Origin: Candidatus Iainarchaeum sp.
GTDB taxonomy: Archaea > Iainarchaeota > Iainarchaeia > Iainarchaeales > CSSED10-239
Length of the DNA: 20,903 bases
Reading direction: 5' to 3'
Assembly (NCBI GenBank): GCA_003559395.1
Contig: PWLL01000111.1
Location: 1 to 20,903 of the forward strand
Every line of letters starts with the position of its first letter. The stretch's first letter is position 1. Made by a program: the position numbers and the translations under genes. Under the pieces are notes generated by a model, which did no database searches, was not told the origin of the DNA, and saw only the letters and a program-made list of their open reading frames with translations. Of this stretch, positions 6,669 to 14,034 are shown piece after piece.

Positions 6669-8585
6669 CTAACACCTACATTTTTTTAATTTTTCAAGAA
6701 GGTCTTTAGTTTTTATTTTTGCAACTCCTGTAACTTTGTCTGCTCCTCCATAGTAGATAAACAGTTCATCTTTTATTTCTACAGCTCCACAAGGAAAAAC
6801 AACGTTATTTACAATACCTTCTTTTTCATAATCTTTTTCTGGCCAAAAGATAGGTGAATCTGTTCTTCCAATAACTTTTGAAGGGTCTTTAATATCTAAT
6901 AAAAGTGCTCCGACTTTATATGTGTTATCATCACTTATGCCATGATATATGATTAGCCAACCTTCTTTTGTCTTTATTGGTGGCGTAGAAAGTCCAATTT
7001 TTTTAGAATCCCACCATCCTTTTCTAGGAGATACCCAGAATGTTTCTTCTAGATAGTTTTTGTTATTAAATTTTAGTGTTTTTCTAAGAGAAAGGTCCAT
7101 ACTATTTCCACGTCTATGAATAATATAGTATTTTCCATTAATTTTTTCTGGAAAGAAACTTGCATCTTTATCATCTGTTCCTGGAGGTGAGATCAATATT
7201 GGTTTTTCCCAATTCCATTTTTTTTTAAGAAAATCATCAACAAAGATTGAGGTTAGTGCAATTCTTGGAGGGTTTATTGAGTCATAGGCTGTATAAAACA
7301 TATATAGTTTGTTACCCATCTTAATAATCCTTGGATCTTCACAACCAGAATTTGCGTTTGGTTGTTTTTTGTTTTCAAATTCTTCTCTTGGAACATATAT
7401 TGGTTTTTTGGATCTATAGTCTATGTTTACACCATCTTTACTTGTACAATATCCAATAACAGACGTGTTGTCGTCACTCATAGCTCTATAAAGAATATGT
7501 ACTTTTTTATTTAGATAGATTGCACCAGGATTAAATGTTGCTTTTTTTTCCCAGTCTTTTTCAGATGGTTCAATTATGGGTTTTTCTTTTATTCTTTTAA
7601 ATTGTAAATTTTCTAATTTTTTAGGTTGTAGTATTTCATCTAACAAAGACTCTTCATCAATAAACGCTAAAGAAACAGTTGTGTCTGCAGAACCATAATA
7701 CAGATAGATTTCTTTTCCTTTTTTAAGTGCTCCAGAAGGAAAAATCACATTTTTTACTTCACCAGAAGTTTCATAAAACTCTTCAGGCACAAGAATAGGT
7801 CCTTTAGTTCTTCCAATAATCTTTGTAGGATCTTTAAGATCTAAAAGAGCTGCTTCAACACTAAATAAAGGATTTTTAAAATAATCTTTTATATATGAGT
7901 ATAATAATACCCATCCTTTTCTTGTTTTTATTGGTGCAGCACCAACTTCAACATGATCTTCGTCTTTTTTTTTAAGATCTAAAATATATTTGTCTATTTT
8001 TTCATACCATTTTTCCCAAAATTCTTCAGACCACATATCCTTTTCTTTATTAAATTTAGCAAGACATATTTTTGTTGGTGGATAGTCTGTGTGATAACTA
8101 AATGTTGCCCACATCTTATCTTTTATTTTTTCAGGAAATAAACTCATTGCTTTTGCGTTAAAAGGAGTTATTTGATGTTTTTCTTTAATTTCTTTAAGGT
8201 CTTTGCTTATTGCTAAACCAATTTTTATTGCGCTTGCTCTAAAAGGAAACTCAGATAGAGCTGTGTAAAAAATGTAGTACTTATTATTAAGCTTAGTGAT
8301 TCTCGGATCTTCACAACCATATTTGTCCCATTCTTTATTAGGCACAATAAATCTTTTATTTTGTTGAAAGTTTATCCCATCTTTACTTTTACATATGCCT
8401 ATGTTTGAAAGATCCATTTCTTTTTGTGCATAGGTTCTATAGTAAGGTATAGATTGCGCTCTATAGAGTAGATAAATATCATTATCTTTAACAACAGGAG
8501 ATGCGTTAAAGATAAGTTTTGATTGCCAAGCACAATGTCTATCTGGTCTTAGGATTGGATTTTTTTTGTATCTTTTTATTATCAT
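6669..8585 (-). CDS. Tandem two-module GH130-family protein (beta-mannoside phosphorylase/glycosidase family, formerly DUF377)
   Basis: It is 638 aa with two complete repeats of the GH130 pattern. Module 1 has KKNPILRPD...FNASPV...YGCEDPRITKL...YYGSADT. Module 2 has EKPIIEPSEKDWEKKATFNPGAIY...SGCEDPRIIKM...YYGGADK. Confidence 0.8.
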   Translation of the reverse strand: MIIKRYKKNPILRPDRHCAWQSKLIFNASPVVKDNDIYLLYRAQSIPYYRTYAQKEMDLSNIGICKSKDGINFQQNKRFIVPNKEWDKYGCEDPRITKLNNKYYIFYTALSEFPFRASAIKIGLAISKDLKEIKEKHQITPFNAKAMSLFPEKIKDKMWATFSYHTDYPPTKICLAKFNKEKDMWSEEFWEKWYEKIDKYILDLKKKDEDHVEVGAAPIKTRKGWVLLYSYIKDYFKNPLFSVEAALLDLKDPTKIIGRTKGPILVPEEFYETSGEVKNVIFPSGALKKGKEIYLYYGSADTTVSLAFIDEESLLDEILQPKKLENLQFKRIKEKPIIEPSEKDWEKKATFNPGAIYLNKKVHILYRAMSDDNTSVIGYCTSKDGVNIDYRSKKPIYVPREEFENKKQPNANSGCEDPRIIKMGNKLYMFYTAYDSINPPRIALTSIFVDDFLKKKWNWEKPILISPPGTDDKDASFFPEKINGKYYIIHRRGNSMDLSLRKTLKFNNKNYLEETFWVSPRKGWWDSKKIGLSTPPIKTKEGWLIIYHGISDDNTYKVGALLLDIKDPSKVIGRTDSPIFWPEKDYEKEGIVNNVVFPCGAVEIKDELFIYYGGADKVTGVAKIKTKDLLEKLKKCRC

Positions 8586-9702
8586 ATTTTCTCTTTTTTA
8601 ATTTTTTAGTTTTAAGTTTTATTTTTTCTCCTTTTTTAAGTTCTTCTAAAAATTTATTTATGTTTTTATAACCAACACAAACAAAGTTATCTGCACCACC
8701 ATAATAAACCATTAGTTTTTGGTTTTTTATTATTGCTCCCGTTGCATAAACAACTCCAGGTTTTGCACCGTTCATCTCATAATATTCGTTTGGTTCTATG
8801 ACTGGTTGTTTAGCTCTGTATAATATTTTTGTAGGTTCTTTAAGATCTAAAAGAAATGCTCCAACTTTATATTTTTGTGGTTCTCTTCTGTCTATTGCAT
8901 GATATAATAATAACCATCCATCTTTTGTTTTTAACGGTGGATTTCCTGCTCCTCTTATTAATGAGTCCCACCTTTTTTTATCTACTTTTCTATTTGAAAA
9001 ATTAACAAAGGTGCTATTAATATATTCTCCTTCTTTAAAATATAAAGAATCAATATATTCTATTTGTATTTTTGGAAATATGTTGTGTATGATTGCATAT
9101 TTTCCATTTATTTTTTCAGGAAATAATACCCAGTTTTTATTTATTTTTCCTGGTGGAGAAATTAGGGCTGGTTTTTTCCATTTCCATCTTTTTTTAAGAA
9201 AATCTTCTTTTTTTATAGATGACAATCCTACTCTTAGTCCTCCATCAAAAGCAGTGTATGTTAGATATATTCTGTCATCATCTTTTACTTTTGTTAAACG
9301 CGGGTCTTCGCATCCACCAAAGCTTCCACCAGAGGCATAAGAATAATATACAAAAGGTCCTGATTTTGCATTATGTTCAAAAACAGGATCTGGAAATCTT
9401 TGTTTTATTTTAAAACCATCTTTTGAGTTTGCGTATCCTAGTCTTGATAACCCGTCATTTCCAATTGCTCTATAAACAAAATGTACTTTATTATCTAAAC
9501 AAACAACACCAGGATTAAAGGTTTGCCAAGCCTCCCACCCATTTTCTGGATTTGGAGCAATGATTGGATTTTTTTCTATTTTTTCTAAAGTTAGGTTTGT
9601 GTTTTTTTCAGGTGTTGTGTCTTTTTCTTTTTTTTTATATGTTCTTTTTATATTTTTGTTAGGTTTCATTTTTGATTTTTTTTTAATATTTGTTGTTTTC
9701 AT
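8539..9702 (-). CDS. Single-module GH130-family protein with Lys-rich N- and C-terminal tails
   Basis: The ORF track starts at TTG 9717 and the first ATG is at 9702 (MKTTNIKKK...). The core has KNPIIAPNPENGWEAWQTFNPGVV...GGCEDPRLTKV...YYGGADN. The 3' end overlaps the next GH130 gene by 47 nt in a different frame. Confidence 0.8.
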   Translation of the reverse strand: MKTTNIKKKSKMKPNKNIKRTYKKKEKDTTPEKNTNLTLEKIEKNPIIAPNPENGWEAWQTFNPGVVCLDNKVHFVYRAIGNDGLSRLGYANSKDGFKIKQRFPDPVFEHNAKSGPFVYYSYASGGSFGGCEDPRLTKVKDDDRIYLTYTAFDGGLRVGLSSIKKEDFLKKRWKWKKPALISPPGKINKNWVLFPEKINGKYAIIHNIFPKIQIEYIDSLYFKEGEYINSTFVNFSNRKVDKKRWDSLIRGAGNPPLKTKDGWLLLYHAIDRREPQKYKVGAFLLDLKEPTKILYRAKQPVIEPNEYYEMNGAKPGVVYATGAIIKNQKLMVYYGGADNFVCVGYKNINKFLEELKKGEKIKLKTKKLKKRKYDNKKIQKKSNPKTR

Positions 9703-9722
9703 ATTATTACCATCCAAAATAT

Positions 9723-10268
9723 TTATTCTAGGTTTGCATGTTTTTTATTAATTTTGTTTTCATTTAGTTTTTTTTCAGACATTAATATAACAATTAATGC
9801 ATCTAAATATAGCAAGCAAGCTTGTTCAAACAAACTACCTAGTGGTTGTATTGATTTTTGGTTATTTTTGGTTTTATCTTTTGCATTTATTTCTATAATA
9901 TTAACCTCTTTTCTTTTTATTTTTTGTTGGTTTGTTATTAGTGTTGTTTTTGCTTTTTTCTGTTTTGCTTTTTTTATAATCATGTTTGTTATATCTGTTT
10001 TTCCTGAACCAGAGATTGCGATTAAAAGGTCTTTTTTAGTGATTGCAGGGGTTGTACAATCTCCAATAAAATAAGTAGAAACTCCGCTTTGCATTAATCT
10101 CATCGCAAAGCACTCAGCAACAAATCCACTTCTTCCAACACCTGTAACAAAGACGTTTTTGGAAGTTAATATATTTTCTAAAAGCTCTTTTGTTTTTTTT
10201 CTATCTACAATCTTTAAGGCTTTTTTATTTTCTTTTAGTATGTTTTCTAAAATTTCATTTATTTTCAT
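9723..10268 (-). CDS. hxlB: 6-phospho-3-hexuloisomerase (PHI, SIS domain)
   Basis: SIS motifs are VFVTGVGRSGFVAECFAMRL and LIAISGSGKT. Its length (181 aa) and its adjacency and overlap with an HPS gene fit PHI. Confidence 0.8.
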   Translation of the reverse strand: MKINEILENILKENKKALKIVDRKKTKELLENILTSKNVFVTGVGRSGFVAECFAMRLMQSGVSTYFIGDCTTPAITKKDLLIAISGSGKTDITNMIIKKAKQKKAKTTLITNQQKIKRKEVNIIEINAKDKTKNNQKSIQPLGSLFEQACLLYLDALIVILMSEKKLNENKINKKHANLE

Positions 10269-10890
10269 ATTTATTCATAATTTCTTTTATTTTTTTAACA
10301 ACTTGTTTAGGATTTTTTGCTTTTGTTACTGCTCCTCCAACAATTATTATGCCTGGTTTTATTTTACAAATATCTTCTATAGTGTCTATATTTATTCCAC
10401 CTGCCACTGCTAGTTTTTTAGAAGGCACAACAGAAGATATTTTTTTAAGTTCTTTATAAGGTGTGATTCCTTTATTTTGCATATCAATTCCAGAATGTAT
10501 TCCAATAAAGTCTGGTTTATATTTTATAATTTCTTTTGTTTTTTTAAGAACATTTTCACATGCAATCAAATCAACTAATATCTTTTTTTTATAATCTTTT
10601 GAAGCTTTTATACTTCCTTTTACAGTATCAATAAAAGAGCTTGCACAAACTGTAGAAAAATCAGCACCATGTTGGTAAGCAAGTTCTGCTTCAAAATAAC
10701 CTGTATCCATTGTTTTTAGATCTGCAAGAATTTCTTTTTTATGTTTTTTAAAATCTTTAATACTTTTTAGTCCATGAATCTTTATAAACGGTGTACCTAG
10801 TTCAATAATATCAATATATTTTTTTGTTTTTTCACATAAAGATAGTGCTTTTTTTTTATCTTCTATATCAAGTGCAAGTTGTAGTTTCAT
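10255..10890 (-). CDS. hxlA: 3-hexulose-6-phosphate synthase (HPS; OMP-decarboxylase superfamily)
   Basis: MKLQLALD..., ...LADLKTMDTG... and ...LAVAGGINIDTI... match HPS/KGPDC-type motifs. It is 211 aa. It overlaps phi by 14 nt and rpiB as ATGA (10887-10890). Confidence 0.8.
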   Translation of the reverse strand: MKLQLALDIEDKKKALSLCEKTKKYIDIIELGTPFIKIHGLKSIKDFKKHKKEILADLKTMDTGYFEAELAYQHGADFSTVCASSFIDTVKGSIKASKDYKKKILVDLIACENVLKKTKEIIKYKPDFIGIHSGIDMQNKGITPYKELKKISSVVPSKKLAVAGGINIDTIEDICKIKPGIIIVGGAVTKAKNPKQVVKKIKEIMNKYENK

Positions 10891-11312
10891 GTTTCATCTA
10901 ATTTTTCAAGTCTTCTTTTATATTTTTGTTTTTGAATAAATTTTGAATTTTTCCAAGTGTTTATTATTTCTATTGCTTTTTTTTTAGAAAGTGTAGATGG
11001 TAAAGCAATAACGTTTGCGTTTAGGTGTTCTTTAGAATGTTTTGCTGAATTTACATTCCAAGATAGAGAGCAAATAACCCCTTTATATCTGTTTGCTTGA
11101 ATAGTCATTCCTTGTCCTGTTCCACAAATCAAGATGCCTTTGTCTTTTTTAAGATTTTTCACTAATTTTTTAGCATAGTCATTAAAATCATCTTCAGGGT
11201 CGTAGTTTTTAGGTCCGACATCAACAAGCTTAAGATTATTTTTTTTAAAATGTTGTTTTATAGCTTCTTTTAGCTTATAGCCTCCATGATCACTTCCTAT
11301 TAAATATTTCAT
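10887..11312 (-). CDS. rpiB: Ribose-5-phosphate isomerase B (RpiB/LacAB family)
   Basis: IGSDHGGYKLKEAI..., GILICGTGQGMTIQANR and ...HLNANVIAL match RpiB signatures. It is 141 aa. Confidence 0.85.
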   Translation of the reverse strand: MKYLIGSDHGGYKLKEAIKQHFKKNNLKLVDVGPKNYDPEDDFNDYAKKLVKNLKKDKGILICGTGQGMTIQANRYKGVICSLSWNVNSAKHSKEHLNANVIALPSTLSKKKAIEIINTWKNSKFIQKQKYKRRLEKLDET

Positions 11313-12202
11313 TTTATATACCTTTTTATTTTTTTTACAATTTCATCACTAACATCAATAATATCGGCATCATTAACCAAAGTATTAGTAGAAACAATAA
11401 TCCCATGTTTTTTAAGTTTTTCTAAAGCATTTTCTGCAAATATTCCATGTATCCCGATCAGATATATCTTTTTAGGTTTATATTTTTTTAATTCTTTTAT
11501 ATTTTCTAGCATTGTGTTTCCTGTACTTATTATATCATCAATAATAATTAGTTCTTTATCTTTTGCATTTACTTTTGATGGAAGTTTTATTTTTACTTTT
11601 CTTGAACTTTCTCTTTTTTTAAGAGCAATAACTGGTTTTTTATTAAAAGCAGAGGCAACGTTAATTACCCATTGTAAACTTTCTTTATCTGGTCCAACAA
11701 AAAGAGGGTTTTTTATATTTTGTGATTTTAGATAATCTATTATTGGTTTGTCTAGAGAGATGTTAGTTCCATTTTCTAGAGCGTTTTTTATGTTTTTTAT
11801 TCTATGAAGGTGTGGGTCTATACAGAATATTTTATCACAAACACTAAACAACTGATTCATAATGTTTATGCCAACAGATTCTCCTTGTTTAAATCGTTTA
11901 TCACTTCTAAAATATGGAAAATAAGGAGCGATCAAGTATATTTTTTTTGCATTTAGGTTTTTGGCTGTATAGATCGCAAACAGTGTTTCTATAATTTTAT
12001 CATTTAAAGTTAAATTGTTTGTATTTTGAAAAGACTGAACTAAAAATATTTTCTTATTAGTTATTCTTTTATTAAAACGGATATCAATTTCTCCGTCAGG
12101 AAATTTGTTAAGAATTAGTTTTGTGTATGGTTGTTTTGCTTTTTTAGCAATTAATTTAGAAATTTTTTCGTTACCTGATAAAGCAACAATAATATTTATC
12201 AC
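11309..12202 (-). CDS. prs: Ribose-phosphate pyrophosphokinase (PRPP synthetase)
   Basis: It has FPDGEIDIRF near the N-terminus and the PRPP-binding loop ELIIIDDIISTGNTM. The start is GTG at 12202, and its stop overlaps the rpiB start as ATGA (11309-11312). Confidence 0.9.
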   Translation of the reverse strand: MINIIVALSGNEKISKLIAKKAKQPYTKLILNKFPDGEIDIRFNKRITNKKIFLVQSFQNTNNLTLNDKIIETLFAIYTAKNLNAKKIYLIAPYFPYFRSDKRFKQGESVGINIMNQLFSVCDKIFCIDPHLHRIKNIKNALENGTNISLDKPIIDYLKSQNIKNPLFVGPDKESLQWVINVASAFNKKPVIALKKRESSRKVKIKLPSKVNAKDKELIIIDDIISTGNTMLENIKELKKYKPKKIYLIGIHGIFAENALEKLKKHGIIVSTNTLVNDADIIDVSDEIVKKIKRYIK

Positions 12203-12249
12203 CTTTATGTATTTTGTCTAATATAATAGTATATATATTAATAAGGTAA

Positions 12250-12269
12250 ACAATATATAAATATATTGT
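12250..12269. repeat. Perfect palindrome ACAATATAT-AA-ATATATTGT in the divergent prs/abiEi intergenic region
   Basis: It has 9-bp perfect arms and a 2-nt spacer, 48 nt upstream of the prs start. It is AT-only apart from one C/G pair per arm, so the chance expectation is not negligible. Confidence 0.35.
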
Positions 12270-12405
12270 AAGTCTGTTTATTTTTAAAAAATATCTGACA
12301 AAATTATTTTATTGTATTTTTACAATCTTTTGTTTTTTAGAGAAGAATCCTCGTTTTTGCTTGTTTCATATTTTACGTGATTTTTGTATTTTTTGAAACG
12401 ATAGG

Positions 12406-12413
12406 TTTATATA
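12406..12413 (+). promoter_or_regulatory. Candidate TATA box (TTTATATA) for the abiEi-abiEii transcript
   Basis: Its centre lies about 26 nt upstream of the ATG at 12436. That is the canonical archaeal TATA-to-TSS distance and would imply a leaderless mRNA. A purine-rich stretch (GAAACGATAGG) sits just upstream. AT-rich background makes such matches common. Confidence 0.3.
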
Positions 12414-12435
12414 TGACAACATACGAAAGATATTT

Positions 12436-13065
12436 ATGGATAGGCACATTTTGTTTATTTGTAATAAATTAGACACTATCAACGGACAATTTATTCATAA
12501 GTCTATGTTGTACAACATCGTAAAAGAGTTTTTGCCAAGTAATAAGTCTTTAAAAAACACAATCAGAAATTTAAAAAATAATAACAAAATAAAATATTTG
12601 TTTCAAGATTATTTTTATATTCTATCTTCTGATGAACAAATAAAAAAATACTATAGATATTCTCCAAAAGAAATGGTGTTTGTTATATTAAATAAATTAA
12701 AAATAAAATGGTATTTAGGACTATATTCTGCATTACAGATACACAACTTAAGATCTCAAGAAGATCTATTTCATCAAGTGCCTAAAACAACACTAATAAT
12801 TAATTCTAAATTTTCAAGAAAAATAAATATTCTAAACGAACCAATAATATTTAAAAAACAAAAACAAATAAGTTGTGGAATAAATAAATCAACTACAAAC
12901 AACAGAATTACTTTTTATTATTCAGATTTAGAAAGAACACATATCGATTATATTTTTTATTTTAAAAAATCAAACCTAAATCCAAAAAAATTAGATCTCA
13001 CTAAATTAAAAAAACATCTTAAATCTTTTCCTGTAAAAATATACAATATGGTTATAAATGAATAA
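12436..13065 (+). CDS. abiEi: AbiEi-like antitoxin/transcriptional regulator (type IV TA system)
   Basis: It is 209 aa and lies immediately upstream of, and overlaps by 8 nt (ATGAATAA), an AbiEii-type gene. ...WYLGLYSALQIHNLRSQEDLFHQVP... and ...YYSDLERTHIDYIF resemble the AbiEi pattern (GL.SAL..HGL..Q.P ... SD.ERTL.D). Primary similarity is weak, so the call is mostly contextual. Confidence 0.55.
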   Translation: MDRHILFICNKLDTINGQFIHKSMLYNIVKEFLPSNKSLKNTIRNLKNNNKIKYLFQDYFYILSSDEQIKKYYRYSPKEMVFVILNKLKIKWYLGLYSALQIHNLRSQEDLFHQVPKTTLIINSKFSRKINILNEPIIFKKQKQISCGINKSTTNNRITFYYSDLERTHIDYIFYFKKSNLNPKKLDLTKLKKHLKSFPVKIYNMVINE

Positions 13066-14020
13066 AAAACAAATAATTCAGTACGTTAATTTTGTAAAAA
13101 AGAAAAAAACAAATCTTTCAAATGAAATTATTGAAAAAGATTATTATTTGTCTTTATTTTTAACAAAAGCACAAATGTTACAAAAAGAAAATAAACTACA
13201 AGAATATAGTAATTTAATATTTAAAGGAGGCACTCTTTTAACTAAAAAATATTTAGACTATCATAGATTTAGTGAAGATTTAGATTTTACACATATAAAA
13301 GCTAACGAAATAAATTGTTTAAAAACAAATAAATCAATAGATAAAAATATTAAAAAAACACAATATTCCTTAATAGAAGATATAAAAAAAATAAGCGATG
13401 CTTGTAATTTTGTGTTTGAAAAAGACACTTCTAAAGATAATCAGTTTATAAAGGTTAGAAATCAAAGAATTGTTTGTGTGTTTTATATTTATTATAAATC
13501 TATATATGATATCAAAACTAAAGAACTATCAAAATTAAAAATTGAAGTTAATTTTGTAGAAAATATAAAATATAAACCAATAAAAGTAGAAATAAATAAT
13601 TTAGTAGATATTTTACAACTAAATAATGATGATTGGTTAGAGCTTAAATCATTAGACTTTGACTTAGAAAAAATAAAAATAAATGTTTATGATTTAAAAG
13701 AAATCATTTTAGAAAAATATAGAGCCATTCTTACAAGAAGAACAATGCAAAAAAGAGATTTTTTTGATTTGTTTTTTATAAATAAGAAAACAAATGTTTT
13801 TAAGATTGATGACTCTTTGATATTAGATAAAATAAAGTTTTCTTTTAGATTTTTTAAAAAAACAAGAGATTTTTATAAATACAATATGTCAACTATAAAA
13901 AATAACAATTTAGATATTAAAGAAGATGTGTTTTATTTGTCTTTGATAGATTATGATCAAAAGAAATATGATGTTTTTAAAAAGAAATTGTTTGAAAAGA
14001 TTCTTAAATTTAAAATGTGA
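13058..14020 (+). CDS. abiEii: AbiEii/AbiGii-family nucleotidyltransferase toxin (DUF1814)
   Basis: Family motifs are present: FKGGTLLTKKYL (GG[ST]), HRFSEDLDFT (R.S.D.DF catalytic acidic pair) and EKYRAILTRRTMQKRDFFDLFF (K..A...R...RD.yDl). It is 320 aa. Confidence 0.8.
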   Translation: MNKKQIIQYVNFVKKKKTNLSNEIIEKDYYLSLFLTKAQMLQKENKLQEYSNLIFKGGTLLTKKYLDYHRFSEDLDFTHIKANEINCLKTNKSIDKNIKKTQYSLIEDIKKISDACNFVFEKDTSKDNQFIKVRNQRIVCVFYIYYKSIYDIKTKELSKLKIEVNFVENIKYKPIKVEINNLVDILQLNNDDWLELKSLDFDLEKIKINVYDLKEIILEKYRAILTRRTMQKRDFFDLFFINKKTNVFKIDDSLILDKIKFSFRFFKKTRDFYKYNMSTIKNNNLDIKEDVFYLSLIDYDQKKYDVFKKKLFEKILKFKM

Positions 14021-14034
14021 TGTGATTTTTATGA

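Noticed and set aside
8539-8585. The 47-nt overlap between the two GH130 genes as a frameshifted single gene or pseudogene.
   Set aside because: The upstream module is complete through its YYGGADN end. The downstream protein begins with Met only six residues before the conserved KKNPIL module start. The two reading frames therefore look like separate intact genes, although read-level verification is still advisable.
9011-10459. Plus-strand ORFs 9011..9340, 9219..9413, 9560..9751, 9754..10074, 10159..10413 and 10190..10459.
   Set aside because: All lie antisense to well-supported minus-strand genes (GH130, PHI, HPS). Their translations are F/L/S/I-rich low-complexity strings, as expected from reading the complement of Lys/Glu-rich AT-rich coding sequence. 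They contain no recognisable motifs.
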